From the NCBI RefSeq assembly GCF_013167455.1, contig NZ_CP038328.1: a stretch of 64,000 bases of DNA; one strand, written 5' to 3'. Shown here piece by piece: positions 1 through 11,786 of this stretch; position 1 is the first letter of the stretch, and each line of letters begins with the position of its first letter. This DNA is from Escherichia coli O157:H7. GTDB taxonomy: Bacteria; Pseudomonadota; Gammaproteobacteria; Enterobacterales; Enterobacteriaceae. A program made the translations under genes and the position numbers. Under the pieces are notes generated by a model that saw only the letters and a program-made list of their open reading frames with translations, made no database searches and had not been told where the DNA came from.

Positions 1-1723
1 GACCTTCTCCCGCTAATTTCTCCGCCGCTTGCAGGGTGATTTCCATCTCTGAACCGGTGGCAATCAAAATAATATCTGGCTTACCGCCGCTGTCTTTCAG
101 CACATAACCGCCACGAGCAATCTCTTTAACCTGATCCGGCGTACGTTCCACCTGGGCCAGATTCTGCCTGGAGAGAATCAGTGCCGTCGGTCCGTTGTGG
201 CGCTCAACCGCCAGCTTCCAGCCCACCGCCGCTTCCACCTGATCGCACGGTCGCCAGGTGCTGAAATTTGGCGTTAAGCGCAGGCTGGCCAGTTGCTCAA
301 CAGCCTGGTGCGTCGGACCATCTTCGCCCAGACCAATTGAGTCGTGGGTATAAACCATAATCTGCCGCGCTTTCATCAGTGCCGCCATCCGCGCGGCGTT
401 ACGGGCGTATTCAACAAACATCAGGAACGTTGCGGTATACGGCACAAAGCCGCCGTGGTGCGCAATGCCGTTGGCGATAGCGGTCATGCCAAATTCACGC
501 ACCCCGTAGTGAATGTAGTTGCCCGCCGGATCTTCCTTCAGCGAAACAGAACCTTTCCAGATGGTCAGGTTGCTGGGAGCCAGATCCGCCGAACCGCCGA
601 GCAGCTCCGGTAGCATCGGCCCGTAAGCGTTAAGCGTATTTTGCGAAGCCTTACGGGTAGCGATTTTCGCCGGATTCGCCTGCAACTCATTGATATATTT
701 CTGAGTCGTTTTCTCCCAGTCCTTCGGTAAACCACCGCTCATCCGACGGGTAAACTCTTCTGCCAGTTGCGGATGAGCCTTTTTATAGGCGGCAAACTTC
801 TCATTCCAGCTCTGCTGCGCTTTTTCGCCTTTTTCGCGGGCATCCCAAGCGTGATAAATATCTTTAGGGATCTCAAATGGCGGATGGTGCCAGCCCAGTT
901 TTTGCCGTGCCAGCGCCACTTCTTCTTCCCCCAGCGGTGCGCCGTGCGCCTCTTCCTTACCTGCTTTATTCGGCGAACCAAAGCCAATCACCGTACGGCA
1001 GATAATCAGCGACGGCTTATCTTTCACGCTTTGCGCTTCAAGGATTGCTTCCTTCACCGCCTGCGGATCGTGACCGTCGATTTCATGGATCACATGCCAG
1101 TGATAGGCTTCAAAACGTTTTGCCGTATCGTCGGTAAACCAGCCTTCGGTTTCTCCATCAATCGAAATACCGTTGTGATCGTAAAAACCAATCAGCTTGC
1201 CCAGTCCCAGCGTGCCCGCCAGCGAACAGACTTCGTGGGAAATACCTTCCATCAGGCAGCCGTCGCCCATAAACACATAGGTGAAGTGATCGACAATTTC
1301 ATGATCCGGCTGGTTAAACTGCGCCGCCAGTGTACGTTCCGCTATCGCCAGCCCGACGGCGTTCGCCAAACCTTGTCCAAGAGGACCGGTGGTGGTTTCA
1401 ACTCCGGGCGTATAGCCGATTTCCGGGTGGCCAGGGGTTTTCGAATGCAGTTGACGAAAGTTCTTCAGCTCTTCCAGCGGCAGGTCGTAACCGGTCAGAT
1501 GCAGCAAACTGTAGAGCAGCATCGACGCGTGACCGTTGGAAAGAATAAAGCGGTCGCGATCATACCAGGTTGGGTCGGTAGGGTTATGTTTAAGAAAATC
1601 GTTCCACAGCACTTCGGCAATATCAGCCATGCCCATCGGCGCGCCGGGATGACCAGAATTGGCTTTTTGTACCGCATCCATACTGAGTGCGCGAATCGCA
1701 TTGGCAAGGTCTTTTCGGGACAT
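1..1723 (-). CDS. tktB: transketolase 2, partial (N-terminal ~574 codons; 3' end lies before window start)
   Basis: Reverse-complement from 1723 translates [11 protein letters not shown]..., the typical transketolase N-terminus; open to position 1 so absent from ORF track; directly downstream of talA as in talA-tktB operon. The 400-aa + strand ORF 767..1969 is its shadow. Confidence 0.88.
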   Translation of the reverse strand, partial: MSRKDLANAIRALSMDAVQKANSGHPGAPMGMADIAEVLWNDFLKHNPTDPTWYDRDRFILSNGHASMLLYSLLHLTGYDLPLEELKNFRQLHSKTPGHPEIGYTPGVETTTGPLGQGLANAVGLAIAERTLAAQFNQPDHEIVDHFTYVFMGDGCLMEGISHEVCSLAGTLGLGKLIGFYDHNGISIDGETEGWFTDDTAKRFEAYHWHVIHEIDGHDPQAVKEAILEAQSVKDKPSLIICRTVIGFGSPNKAGKEEAHGAPLGEEEVALARQKLGWHHPPFEIPKDIYHAWDAREKGEKAQQSWNEKFAAYKKAHPQLAEEFTRRMSGGLPKDWEKTTQKYINELQANPAKIATRKASQNTLNAYGPMLPELLGGSADLAPSNLTIWKGSVSLKEDPAGNYIHYGVREFGMTAIANGIAHHGGFVPYTATFLMFVEYARNAARMAALMKARQIMVYTHDSIGLGEDGPTHQAVEQLASLRLTPNFSTWRPCDQVEAAVGWKLAVERHNGPTALILSRQNLAQVERTPDQVKEIARGGYVLKDSGGKPDIILIATGSEMEITLQAAEKLAGEG

Positions 1724-1742
1724 ATAACACTCCGTGGCTGGT

Positions 1743-2693
1743 TTATAGTTTGGCGGCAAGAAGATCTTCCAGTTTGCGTTGATCAACGGCGAACAGACGA
1801 ATGCCTTCAGACAGTTTTTCTACCGCCATCGCATCCTGATTGTGCTCCCAACGGAACTCCGCTTCGCTCATGGGAGCTGGGCGTGGGAACGTCTGAGAAG
1901 GTGGGATTAATTTACGTACCACTGGCGAAACTTTTTCCTGCAGCTCCTTCAGCAAATTCGGTGCGATAGTCAGTCGATCGCAGCCGGTTAAGGCGAGGAT
2001 TTGTTCGGTGCGACGGAAGCTCGCGCCCATCACAATGGTTTCATAGTGGTGTTGCTTATAGTAGTCGTAGATATTGCGCACCGATTTAACGCCCGGATCT
2101 TCTTCCACCACATATGGGTCCATCGGCTTGCGTGCCTGATACCAGTCATAAATACGCCCGACAAACGGCGAAATCAGAAAAACGCCCGCTTCTGCACAGG
2201 CCCGCGCCTGTGCAAAAGAAAACAGCAGCGTCAGGTTGCAGTTAATACCTTCTTTTTCCAGCTCTTCTGCCGCGCGAATTCCTTCCCAGGTCGAAGCCAG
2301 TTTGATCAGAATGCGTGATTTCTCAACGCCTTGTTGCTGATACAAGTCCACCAGATGGCGCGCCTTCTCAATACTCTTTTCTTTATCAAAAGAGAGGCGT
2401 GCATCAACTTCTGTTGACACGCGACCGGGTACGATTTTGAGGATTTCAGCACCGAAATTGACCGCCAGTTTGTCACACGCTGCGACCACCTGTTGTTCCT
2501 GGGTCTTGCCATTTTTTTTACCCCAGGCGATAGCATCGTCTATTAAATGCTCATATTGTGATAATCCGGCAGCCTTGAGTAACAGCGAAGGATTGGTGGT
2601 GGCATCCTGGGGATGATAATGGCGAATGGACTCAATATCGCCGCTGTCTGCCACGACAGTGGTGAACTGTTTGATGCCGTCTAACTCGTTCAT
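1743..2693 (-). CDS. talA: transaldolase A
   Basis: 316-aa [26 protein letters not shown]..., transaldolase family; 19 bp upstream of tktB on same strand. Confidence 0.93.
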   Translation of the reverse strand: MNELDGIKQFTTVVADSGDIESIRHYHPQDATTNPSLLLKAAGLSQYEHLIDDAIAWGKKNGKTQEQQVVAACDKLAVNFGAEILKIVPGRVSTEVDARLSFDKEKSIEKARHLVDLYQQQGVEKSRILIKLASTWEGIRAAEELEKEGINCNLTLLFSFAQARACAEAGVFLISPFVGRIYDWYQARKPMDPYVVEEDPGVKSVRNIYDYYKQHHYETIVMGASFRRTEQILALTGCDRLTIAPNLLKELQEKVSPVVRKLIPPSQTFPRPAPMSEAEFRWEHNQDAMAVEKLSEGIRLFAVDQRKLEDLLAAKL

Positions 2694-2981
2694 AGGAAAT
2701 ACTCCTTGAAAAGTAAAGTGTTAGATGAGTGCGTTAATTCACACTTCTGAGAAATTTCGCTAAACGCATCAAAAAAGCATAGCAGACAGGCATGGTATTG
2801 CTGGATTAAGCAGGTAACATCAGTGTTATAGGATTATTACCAAAACATTATATTAATGGTGAGAGTTTGGACTTGCTCAAAGTCTGTAGACTCCGGCAAG
2901 GTAATAATGTGCGCCACGTTGTGGGCAGGGGCTGTTGCCCACACACTTTATTTGTGAACGTTACGTGAAAGGAACAACCAA

Positions 2982-5261
2982 ATGGATGACCAGTTAAAAC
3001 AAAGTGCACTTGATTTCCATGAATTTCCAGTTCCAGGGAAAATCCAGGTTTCTCCAACCAAGCCTCTGGCAACGCAGCGCGATCTGGCGCTGGCCTACTC
3101 ACCAGGCGTTGCCGCACCTTGTCTTGAAATCGAAAAAGACCCGTTAAAAGCCTACAAATATACCGCGCGCGGTAACCTGGTGGCGGTGATCTCTAACGGT
3201 ACGGCGGTGCTGGGGTTAGGCAACATTGGCGCGCTGGCAGGCAAACCGGTGATGGAAGGCAAGGGCGTTCTGTTTAAGAAATTCGCTGGGATTGATGTAT
3301 TTGACATTGAAGTTGATGAACTCGACCCGGACAAATTTATTGAAGTCGTCGCTGCGCTCGAACCGACCTTCGGCGGCATCAACCTCGAAGACATTAAAGC
3401 GCCAGAATGTTTCTATATTGAACAGAAACTGCGCGAGCGGATGAATATTCCGGTATTCCACGACGATCAGCACGGCACGGCAATTATCAGCACTGCCGCC
3501 ATCCTCAACGGCTTGCGCGTGGTGGAGAAAAACATCTCTGACGTGCGTATGGTGGTTTCCGGCGCGGGTGCTGCAGCAATCGCCTGTATGAACCTGCTGG
3601 TAGCGTTGGGTCTGCAAAAACATAACATCGTGGTTTGCGATTCAAAAGGCGTTATCTATCAGGGCCGTGAGCCAAACATGGCGGAAACCAAAGCCGCATA
3701 TGCGGTAGTGGATGACGGCAAACGTACCCTCGATGATGTGATTGAAGGCGCAGATATTTTCCTCGGCTGTTCCGGCCCGAAAGTGCTGACCCAGGAAATG
3801 GTGAAGAAAATGGCTCGAGCGCCAATGATCCTGGCGCTGGCGAACCCGGAACCGGAAATTCTGCCGCCGCTGGCGAAAGAAGTGCGTCCGGATGCCATCA
3901 TCTGTACCGGCCGTTCCGACTACCCGAACCAGGTGAACAACGTCCTTTGCTTCCCGTTCATCTTCCGTGGCGCGCTGGACGTTGGCGCAACCGCCATCAA
4001 CGAAGAGATGAAACTGGCGGCGGTACGCGCGATTGCAGAACTGGCCCATGCGGAACAGAGTGAAGTGGTGGCTTCAGCGTATGGCGATCAGGATCTGAGC
4101 TTTGGCCCTGAATACATCATTCCAAAACCGTTTGATCCGCGTCTGATAGTCAAGATTGCTCCTGCGGTCGCGAAAGCGGCGATGGAGTCGGGCGTGGCGA
4201 CGCGTCCGATTGCTGATTTCGACGTCTACATCGACAAGCTGACTGAGTTCGTTTACAAAACCAACCTGTTTATGAAGCCGATTTTCTCCCAGGCTCGCAA
4301 AGCGCCGAAGCGCGTAGTTCTGCCGGAAGGGGAAGAGGCGCGCGTTCTGCATGCCACTCAGGAACTGGTAACGCTGGGACTGGCGAAACCGATCCTTATC
4401 GGTCGTCCGAACGTGATCGAAATGCGCATTCAGAAACTGGGCTTGCAGATCAAAGCGGGCGTTGATTTTGAGATCGTCAATAACGAATCCGATCCGCGCT
4501 TTAAAGAGTACTGGACCGAATACTTCCAGATCATGAAGCGTCGCGGCGTCACTCAGGAACAGGCGCAGCGGGCGCTGATCAGTAACCCGACAGTGATCGG
4601 CGCGATCATGGTTCAGCGTGGCGAAGCCGATGCAATGATTTGCGGTACGGTGGGTGATTATCATGAACATTTTAGCGTGGTGAAAAATGTCTTTGGTTAT
4701 CGCGATGGCGTTCACACCGCAGGTGCAATGAACGCGCTGCTGCTGCCGAGTGGTAACACCTTTATTGCCGATACCTACGTCAATGACGAACCAGACGCAG
4801 AAGAGCTGGCGGAGATCACCTTGATGGCGGCAGAAACTGTCCGTCGTTTCGGTATTGAACCGCGCGTTGCTCTGTTGTCGCACTCCAACTTTGGTTCTTC
4901 TGACTGCCCGTCGTCGAGCAAAATGCGTCAGGCGCTGGAACTGGTCAGGGAACGTGCGCCAGAACTGATGATTGATGGTGAAATGCACGGCGATGCAGCG
5001 CTGGTGGAAGCGATTCGCAACGACCGTATGCCGGACAGCCCTTTGAAAGGTTCTGCCAATATTCTGGTGATGCCGAACATGGAAGCTGCCCGCATTAGTT
5101 ACAACTTACTGCGCGTTTCCAGCTCGGAAGGTGTGACTGTCGGTCCGGTGCTGATGGGCGTGGCGAAACCGGTTCACGTGTTAACGCCGATCGCATCGGT
5201 GCGTCGTATCGTCAACATGGTGGCGCTGGCCGTGGTTGAAGCGCAAACCCAACCGCTGTAA
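2982..5261 (+). CDS. maeB: NADP-dependent malic enzyme (malic enzyme domain fused to phosphotransacetylase-like domain)
   Basis: 759-aa [26 protein letters not shown]...; length and sequence match MaeB as recalled. Confidence 0.95.
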   Translation: MDDQLKQSALDFHEFPVPGKIQVSPTKPLATQRDLALAYSPGVAAPCLEIEKDPLKAYKYTARGNLVAVISNGTAVLGLGNIGALAGKPVMEGKGVLFKKFAGIDVFDIEVDELDPDKFIEVVAALEPTFGGINLEDIKAPECFYIEQKLRERMNIPVFHDDQHGTAIISTAAILNGLRVVEKNISDVRMVVSGAGAAAIACMNLLVALGLQKHNIVVCDSKGVIYQGREPNMAETKAAYAVVDDGKRTLDDVIEGADIFLGCSGPKVLTQEMVKKMARAPMILALANPEPEILPPLAKEVRPDAIICTGRSDYPNQVNNVLCFPFIFRGALDVGATAINEEMKLAAVRAIAELAHAEQSEVVASAYGDQDLSFGPEYIIPKPFDPRLIVKIAPAVAKAAMESGVATRPIADFDVYIDKLTEFVYKTNLFMKPIFSQARKAPKRVVLPEGEEARVLHATQELVTLGLAKPILIGRPNVIEMRIQKLGLQIKAGVDFEIVNNESDPRFKEYWTEYFQIMKRRGVTQEQAQRALISNPTVIGAIMVQRGEADAMICGTVGDYHEHFSVVKNVFGYRDGVHTAGAMNALLLPSGNTFIADTYVNDEPDAEELAEITLMAAETVRRFGIEPRVALLSHSNFGSSDCPSSSKMRQALELVRERAPELMIDGEMHGDAALVEAIRNDRMPDSPLKGSANILVMPNMEAARISYNLLRVSSSEGVTVGPVLMGVAKPVHVLTPIASVRRIVNMVALAVVEAQTQPL

Positions 5262-5553
5262 TTCTTTTTTAACTCTCACGCTTACCCTGAATATTCAGGG
5301 TAAGCGGTTTAGCTGCAATATATTAGTAAAGCTTATTACTGAGTTTGCGAATAATAAAAAAAGCAGTATATAAAATATCTCGATATTATTTTATTTATAT
5401 TCATGCGTCGCATATGAAAGTTTATTCATAACAGTAAATATCTCTCCATTCTTAGTGATCTACCTCACCTTTTAAACGCGCTTGCCGAATTTTGTTATTT
5501 ACTCTGACGAAAAATTGTCACGATACACGAAAGTTTTTCACAGGCGGCGACTC

Positions 5554-5889
5554 ATGGATAAAGAACGCATCATTCAGGAATTTGTGCCCGGCAAACAGGT
5601 CACACTGGCGCATCTCATCGCGCATCCCGGCGAGGAACTGGCGAAGAAAATCGGCGTTCCGGATGCGGGCGCAATTGGCATTATGACGCTAACTCCCGGC
5701 GAAACGGCGATGATCGCCGGTGATTTAGCGCTGAAAGCCGCCGATGTGCATATCGGATTTCTCGACCGCTTCAGTGGTGCATTGGTGATTTATGGCTCGG
5801 TGGGCGCAGTAGAAGAAGCGTTATCACAAACCGTCAGTGGTTTAGGTCGCTTATTAAATTATACGCTTTGTGAAATGACCAAAAGTTAA
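5554..5889 (+). CDS. eutS: ethanolamine utilisation microcompartment shell protein EutS
   Basis: ORF track 5482..5889; 111-aa product from internal ATG at 5554 ([10 protein letters not shown]...), BMC-domain protein at head of eut operon. Confidence 0.85.
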
Positions 5890-5901
5890 TACGAGGCATT
5901 C

Positions 5902-6381
5902 ATGAAACGAATTGCGTTTGTGGGTACCGTCGGGGCAGGGAAAACAACGTTATTTAATGCGTTGCAGGGGAATTATACCCTCGCCAGAAAAACACAGGCC
6001 GTGGAATTTAATGATAAGGGCGATATTGATACGCCGGGTGAATATTTTAGCCATCCCCGCTGGTATCACGCCTTAATTACCACGCTACAGGATGTGGACA
6101 TGCTGATCTATGTCCACGGCGCGAATGACCCGGAAAGTCGGTTGCCTGCCGGGTTGCTGGATATTGGCGTCAGCAAACGGCAAATCGCCGTCATCAGTAA
6201 AACGGACATGCCGGATGCTGACGTCGCCGCAACGCGAAAGTTATTGCTTGAGACGGGCTTCGAGGAGCCGATTTTCGAGCTAAACAGCCACGACCCGCAA
6301 AGCGTGCAGCAACTGGTGGATTATCTGGCATCTCTCACCAAACAGGAGGAAGCAGGTGAAAAAACTCATCACAGCGAATGA
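5902..6381 (+). CDS. eutP: EutP, P-loop GTPase/acetate-kinase-like eut protein
   Basis: 159-aa ORF with Walker A GTVGAGKTT; operon position. Confidence 0.9.
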   Translation: MKRIAFVGTVGAGKTTLFNALQGNYTLARKTQAVEFNDKGDIDTPGEYFSHPRWYHALITTLQDVDMLIYVHGANDPESRLPAGLLDIGVSKRQIAVISKTDMPDADVAATRKLLLETGFEEPIFELNSHDPQSVQQLVDYLASLTKQEEAGEKTHHSE

Positions 6382-7057
6382 TATTCGTGAAGCACACGCG
6401 CGCGGCGAACAGGCAATGTCCGTGGTTCTGCGCGCCAGCATTATTACCCCGGAAGCCCGTGAAGTGGCGGATCTACTGGGTTTTACCATCACCGAATGTG
6501 ATGAATTGATCCCGGTAACGGCGTCCGTGCCCGCCAGCGTGCCAGCCGATAAAACCGAAAGCCAGCGCATCCGCGAAACCATTATCGCCCAGCTACCGGA
6601 AGGCCAGTTTACCGAAAGCCTGGTCGCGCAGCTGATGGAAAAAGTGATGAAGGAAAAACAGTCGCTGGAGCAGGGTGCAATGCAGCCGAGCTTCAAATCG
6701 GTGACCGGCAAAGGCGGCATCAAAGTGATTGATGGTAGCAGCGTCAAGTTTGGTCGCTTTGATGGCGCACAACCGCATTGCGTGGGCTTGACTGATCTTG
6801 TGACCGGAGACGACGGCAGCAGCATGGCCGCCGGTTTTATGCAGTGGGAGAACGCATTCTTCCCGTGGACCCTGAACTACGACGAAATCGACATGGTGCT
6901 GGAAGGGGAGCTCCATGTTCGCCACGAAGGCGAAACCATGATCGCTAAAGCAGGCGACGTGATGTTTATCCCGAAAGGCTCCAGCATCGAATTTGGTACG
7001 ACATCCAGCGTGAAATTCCTGTATGTCGCCTGGCCGGCTAACTGGCAATCCCTATGA
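6356..7057 (+). CDS. eutQ: EutQ, cupin-domain eut protein
   Basis: 233-aa ORF, GTG start overlapping eutP 3' end by 26 nt. Confidence 0.88.
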   Translation: MKKLITANDIREAHARGEQAMSVVLRASIITPEAREVADLLGFTITECDELIPVTASVPASVPADKTESQRIRETIIAQLPEGQFTESLVAQLMEKVMKEKQSLEQGAMQPSFKSVTGKGGIKVIDGSSVKFGRFDGAQPHCVGLTDLVTGDDGSSMAAGFMQWENAFFPWTLNYDEIDMVLEGELHVRHEGETMIAKAGDVMFIPKGSSIEFGTTSSVKFLYVAWPANWQSL

Positions 7058-7785
7058 AAGATTTCATCACCGAAGCATGGCTAAGAGCGAACCATACGCT
7101 CAGCGAAGGCGCAGAGATCCATCTCCCTGCGGACAGTCGCCTGACGCCCTCTGCCCGGGAGTTGCTGGAAAGCCGCCATCTGCGCATCAAGTTTATTGAC
7201 GAGCAGGGCCGCCTGTTTGTTGACGATGAACAGCAGCAGCCGCAGCCCGTTCATGGGCTAACCAGTAGCGATGAACATCCGCAGGCGTGCTGCGAACTGT
7301 GCCGCCAGCCGGTGGCAAAAAAGCCGGATACGCTGACTCACCTGTCGGCGGAAAAAATGGTCGCCAAAAGCGATCCGCGTCTGGGTTTTCGCGCAGTTCT
7401 CGACAGCACCATTGCGCTGGCAGTGTGGCTGCAAATTGAACTGGCGGAACCGCTGGGCTGCCAGGCGATTGTCGGGCTTTCTGACGAAGATCTGCACCGG
7501 CTTTCTCATCAGCCGTTGCGTTATCTTGGTCACGATCATCTGGTGCCGGAAGCAAGCCACGGGCGCGATGCGGCGTTGCTGAATCTGCTACGCACCAAAG
7601 TGCGGGAAGCCGAAACCGTAGCGGCGCAGGTGTTTATCACCCGCAGTTTTGAAGTATTACGCCCGGACATCTTGCAGGCGCTGAACCGCCTTTCCAGCAC
7701 GGTCTACGTGATGATGATCCTGAGCGTAACGAAGCAGCCGCTAACGGTGAAGCAGATCCAACAACGACTGGGGGAAACGCAATGA
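7054..7785 (+). CDS. eutT: EutT, ethanolamine corrinoid adenosyltransferase
   Basis: 243-aa [17 protein letters not shown]..., Cys-rich HPQACCELC motif; ATGA overlap with eutQ stop. True start not verified. Confidence 0.85.
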   Translation: MKDFITEAWLRANHTLSEGAEIHLPADSRLTPSARELLESRHLRIKFIDEQGRLFVDDEQQQPQPVHGLTSSDEHPQACCELCRQPVAKKPDTLTHLSAEKMVAKSDPRLGFRAVLDSTIALAVWLQIELAEPLGCQAIVGLSDEDLHRLSHQPLRYLGHDHLVPEASHGRDAALLNLLRTKVREAETVAAQVFITRSFEVLRPDILQALNRLSSTVYVMMILSVTKQPLTVKQIQQRLGETQ

Positions 7786-8798
7786 TTATTGAACGTTGTT
7801 GTGAACTGGCGTTGCGAGCGCCCGCCAGAGTGGTTTTTCCGGATGCGTTAGATCAACGTGTGCTGAAAGCTGCGCAATATTTACATCAACAAGGTCTGGC
7901 AACGCCCATTCTGGTCGCCAATCCGTTTGAACTTCGTCAGTTTGCGCTCAGTCACGGCGTGGCGATGGACGGGCTACAGGTGATAGATCCGCATGGCAAC
8001 CTCGCAATGCGGGAAGAATTTGCTCATCGCTGGCTGGCCCGCGCGGGCGAAAAAACGCCGCCGGATGCGCTGGAAAAACTTACCGATCCGCTGATGTTCG
8101 CCGCCGCAATGGTCAGCGCCGGTAAAGCGGATGTCTGTATCGCGGGCAACCTCTCTTCCACGGCGAATGTGCTGCGTGCCGGATTACGCATTATCGGCTT
8201 GCAGCCAGGCTGTAAAACGCTCTCATCCATTTTCCTGATGCTGCCACAGTACAGCGGTCCGGCGTTGGGCTTTGCCGATTGCAGCGTGGTACCACAGCCG
8301 ACGGCGGCGCAGCTGGCGGATATCGCGCTTGCCAGCGCCGAAACCTGGCGCGCCATCACCGGAGAAGAGCCGCGCGTGGCGATGCTGTCGTTTTCCAGTA
8401 ACGGTAGCGCCCGTCACCCCTGCGTTGCCAATGTCCAGCAGGCGACAGAAATCGTCCGTGAGCGCGCACCAAAGCTGGTAGTCGATGGCGAGTTGCAGTT
8501 TGACGCCGCCTTCGTGCCGGAAGTGGCGGCGCAAAAAGCGCCTGCCAGCCCGCTACAGGGCAAGGCCAATGTGATGGTTTTTCCGTCGCTGGAAGCCGGA
8601 AATATTGGCTACAAAATCGCACAACGACTCGGCGGATATCGTGCCGTCGGGCCATTGATACAAGGACTTGCCGCGCCGATGCACGATCTCTCTCGTGGTT
8701 GTAGTGTGCAGGAAATTATCGAGCTGGCGCTGGTGGCAGCTGTGCCGCGTCAGACAGAAGTGAACCGCGAAAGCAGTTTACAAACACTGGTTGAATGA
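7782..8798 (+). CDS. eutD: EutD phosphotransacetylase
   Basis: 338-aa PTA-family ORF; start overlaps eutT stop (ATGA). Confidence 0.9.
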   Translation: MIIERCCELALRAPARVVFPDALDQRVLKAAQYLHQQGLATPILVANPFELRQFALSHGVAMDGLQVIDPHGNLAMREEFAHRWLARAGEKTPPDALEKLTDPLMFAAAMVSAGKADVCIAGNLSSTANVLRAGLRIIGLQPGCKTLSSIFLMLPQYSGPALGFADCSVVPQPTAAQLADIALASAETWRAITGEEPRVAMLSFSSNGSARHPCVANVQQATEIVRERAPKLVVDGELQFDAAFVPEVAAQKAPASPLQGKANVMVFPSLEAGNIGYKIAQRLGGYRAVGPLIQGLAAPMHDLSRGCSVQEIIELALVAAVPRQTEVNRESSLQTLVE

Positions 8799-8836
8799 AC
8801 GGTCCCGTTCTGGACCCTGATAAAGAGGAAAGCACA

Positions 8837-9130
8837 ATGGAAGCATTAGGAATGATCGAAACCCGGGGCCTGGTTGCACTGATTGAGGCTTCTGACGCGA
8901 TGGTGAAAGCTGCGCGCGTCAAGCTGGTTGGTGTTAAGCAGATTGGCGGCGGCCTGTGTACTGCCATGGTTCGTGGTGATGTTGCAGCCTGTAAAGCGGC
9001 GACCGATGCCGGTGCCGCAGCGGCACAGCGTATCGGCGAGCTGGTATCTGTACACGTTATCCCGCGTCCGCACGGCGACCTGGAAGAAGTGTTCCCGATC
9101 GGCCTGAAAGGCGATAGCAGCAACCTGTAA
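8837..9130 (+). CDS. eutM: EutM, major BMC shell protein
   Basis: 97-aa product [26 protein letters not shown]... (canonical BMC-H domain); SD AAGAGGA upstream of ATG 8837. Confidence 0.92.
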   Translation: MEALGMIETRGLVALIEASDAMVKAARVKLVGVKQIGGGLCTAMVRGDVAACKAATDAGAAAAQRIGELVSVHVIPRPHGDLEEVFPIGLKGDSSNL

Positions 9131-9236
9131 TCACCCTGTGTGACGTCGATTCGGGCGTCACGCTCTCTCATTTTTCATTTTACCTTCCGCGGAGGGTAGG
9201 GGGAGCTTTTACCTGAAATACGCCACGGAGGCGGGT

Positions 9237-9524
9237 ATGAAACTGGCAGTCGTCACTGGACAAATTGTTTGTACCGTACGCCATCACGGACTGGCGCATG
9301 ACAAATTGCTGATGGTGGAAATGATTGATCCACATGGTAATCCTGACGGGCAATGTGCCGTCGCCATCGACAATATTGGCGCGGGAACCGGGGAGTGGGT
9401 GTTGCTGGTGAGTGGCAGTTCCGCCCGCCAGGCGCATAAAAGCGAAACGTCACCGGTCGATCTGTGCGTGATTGGCATCGTCGATGAGGTGGTGTCTGGC
9501 GGTCAGGTAATTTTCCACAAATAA
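9237..9524 (+). CDS. eutN: EutN, BMC vertex (pentamer) protein
   Basis: 95-aa ORF MKLAVVTGQIVCTVRHHGL..., EutN/CcmL family. Confidence 0.9.
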   Translation: MKLAVVTGQIVCTVRHHGLAHDKLLMVEMIDPHGNPDGQCAVAIDNIGAGTGEWVLLVSGSSARQAHKSETSPVDLCVIGIVDEVVSGGQVIFHK

Positions 9525-9535
9525 GGCAGAACATC

Positions 9536-10939
9536 ATGAATCAACAGGATATTGAACAGGTGGTGAAAGCGGTACTGCTGAAAATGCAAAGCAGTGACAC
9601 GCCGCCCGCCGCCGTTCATGAGATGGGCGTTTTCGCGTCCCTGGATGACGCTGTTGCGGCAGCCAAAATTGCCCAGCAAGGGTTAAAGAGCGTGGCAATG
9701 CGCCAGTTAGCCATTGCTGCCATTCGTGAAGCAGGCGAAAAACACGCCAGAGATTTAGCGGAACTTGCCGTCAGTGAAACCGGCATGGGTCGCGTTGAAG
9801 ATAAATTTGCCAAAAACGTCGCTCAGGCACGCGGCACGCCAGGCGTTGAGTGTCTCTCTCCGCAAGTGCTGACGGGCGACAACGGCCTGACTTTAATTGA
9901 AAACGCGCCCTGGGGCGTGGTGGCTTCGGTGACGCCGTCCACTAACCCGGCGGCAACCGTAATTAATAACGCCATCAGCCTGATTGCCGCGGGCAACAGC
10001 GTCATTTTTGCCCCGCATCCGGCGGCGAAAAAAGTCTCCCAGCGGGCGATCACGCTGCTCAACCAGGCGATTGTTGCCGCAGGCGGGCCGGAAAACTTAC
10101 TGGTTACTGTGGCAAATCCGGATATCGAAACCGCGCAACGCTTGTTCAAGTTTCCGGGTATCGGCCTGCTGGTGGTGACCGGCGGCGAAGCGGTAGTAGA
10201 AGCGGCGCGTAAACACACCAATAAACGTCTGATTGCCGCAGGCGCTGGCAACCCGCCGGTAGTGGTGGATGAAACCGCTGACCTCGCCCGTGCTGCTCAG
10301 TCCATCGTCAAAGGCGCGTCTTTCGATAACAACATCATTTGTGCCGACGAAAAGGTACTGATTGTTGTTGATAGCGTAGCCGATGAACTGATGCGTCTGA
10401 TGGAAGGCCAGCACGCGGTGAAACTGACCGCAGAACAGGCGCAGCAGCTGCAACCGGTGTTGCTGAAAAATATCGACGAGCGCGGAAAAGGCACCGTCAG
10501 CCGTGACTGGGTTGGTCGCGACGCAGGCAAAATCGCGGCGGCAATCGGCCTTAAAGTTCCGCAAGAAACGCGCCTGCTGTTTGTGGAAACCACCGCAGAA
10601 CATCCGTTTGCCGTGACTGAACTGATGATGCCGGTGTTGCCCGTCGTGCGCGTCGCCAACGTGGCGGATGCCATTGCGCTAGCGGTGAAACTGGAAGGCG
10701 GTTGCCACCACACGGCGGCAATGCACTCGCGCAACATCGAAAACATGAACCAGATGGCGAATGCTATTGATACCAGCATTTTCGTTAAGAACGGACCGTG
10801 CATTGCCGGGCTGGGGCTGGGCGGGGAAGGCTGGACCACCATGACCATCACCACGCCAACCGGTGAAGGGGTGACCAGCGCGCGTACGTTTGTCCGTCTG
10901 CGTCGCTGTGTATTAGTCGATGCGTTTCGCATTGTTTAA
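9536..10939 (+). CDS. eutE: EutE, CoA-acylating acetaldehyde dehydrogenase
   Basis: 467-aa aldehyde dehydrogenase-family ORF. Confidence 0.92.
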   Translation: MNQQDIEQVVKAVLLKMQSSDTPPAAVHEMGVFASLDDAVAAAKIAQQGLKSVAMRQLAIAAIREAGEKHARDLAELAVSETGMGRVEDKFAKNVAQARGTPGVECLSPQVLTGDNGLTLIENAPWGVVASVTPSTNPAATVINNAISLIAAGNSVIFAPHPAAKKVSQRAITLLNQAIVAAGGPENLLVTVANPDIETAQRLFKFPGIGLLVVTGGEAVVEAARKHTNKRLIAAGAGNPPVVVDETADLARAAQSIVKGASFDNNIICADEKVLIVVDSVADELMRLMEGQHAVKLTAEQAQQLQPVLLKNIDERGKGTVSRDWVGRDAGKIAAAIGLKVPQETRLLFVETTAEHPFAVTELMMPVLPVVRVANVADAIALAVKLEGGCHHTAAMHSRNIENMNQMANAIDTSIFVKNGPCIAGLGLGGEGWTTMTITTPTGEGVTSARTFVRLRRCVLVDAFRIV

Positions 10940-10949
10940 GGAGTAACAG

Positions 10950-11786
10950 ATGGCGCACGACGAACAATGGCTCACCCCACGTCTGCAAACGGCGGCAACG
11001 CTGTGTAACCAGACGCCCGCCGCGACGGAATCTCCGCTGTGGCTGGGAGTGGATCTGGGCACCTGCGATGTGGTGTCGATGGTTGTCGACCGCGACGGTC
11101 AGCCAGTGGCGGTATGCCTCGACTGGGCCGATGTGGTTCGCGACGGCATCGTCTGGGATTTCTTCGGCGCGGTCACCATTGTTCGTCGCCATCTCGACAC
11201 GCTCGAGCAGCAATTCGGTCGTCGTTTTAGCCATGCGGCGACTTCATTTCCTCCAGGTACGGACCCGCGTATTTCCATCAACGTGCTGGAGTCTGCCGGG
11301 CTGGAAGTGAGCCATGTGCTGGATGAGCCAACCGCAGTCGCGGATCTGCTGCAACTGGACAACGCCGGTGTAGTGGATATCGGCGGTGGCACTACCGGCA
11401 TTGCCATCGTGAAAAAGGGCAAAGTGACGTACTCGGCGGATGAAGCCACCGGCGGACATCACATCTCTCTGACTTTCGCCGGAAATCGCCGTATTTCGCT
11501 GGAAGAGGCGGAGCAGTACAAGCGCGGTCACGGTGAAGAGATTTGGCCTACGGTGAAACCGGTGTACGAAAAAATGGCGGACATTGTCGCCCGGCATATT
11601 GAAGGGCAGGGCATTACTGATTTATGGCTGGCGGGCGGCTCCTGTATGCAACCGGGCGTGGCAGAACTGTTTCGCAAACAATTCCCGGCGTTACAGGTGC
11701 ATTTACCGCAGCACAGTTTGTTTATGACCCCGCTGGCGATCGCCAGTAGTGGGCGAGAGAAAGCGGAGGGGCTATATGCAAAATGA
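10950..11786 (+). CDS. eutJ: EutJ, Hsp70/actin-fold chaperone-like protein
   Basis: 278-aa ORF with DLGTCDV and DIGGGTTGIAIV ATPase-fold motifs. Confidence 0.9.
   Translation: MAHDEQWLTPRLQTAATLCNQTPAATESPLWLGVDLGTCDVVSMVVDRDGQPVAVCLDWADVVRDGIVWDFFGAVTIVRRHLDTLEQQFGRRFSHAATSFPPGTDPRISINVLESAGLEVSHVLDEPTAVADLLQLDNAGVVDIGGGTTGIAIVKKGKVTYSADEATGGHHISLTFAGNRRISLEEAEQYKRGHGEEIWPTVKPVYEKMADIVARHIEGQGITDLWLAGGSCMQPGVAELFRKQFPALQVHLPQHSLFMTPLAIASSGREKAEGLYAK

Noticed and set aside
767-1969. 400-aa + strand ORF
   Set aside because: Antisense shadow of tktB, whose - strand frame translates to a canonical transketolase N-terminus; product is Arg/Phe-rich with no recognisable domain.
4074-4988. 304-aa - strand ORF inside maeB
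   Set aside because: Shadow ORF opposite a highly conserved gene; low-complexity R/H-rich translation.
5282-5553. Possible small ORF or sRNA in the AT-rich maeB-eutS spacer
   Set aside because: No ORF with SD; AT-richness fits a promoter/regulatory region for the eut operon. An sRNA cannot be excluded from sequence alone but nothing specific supports one.
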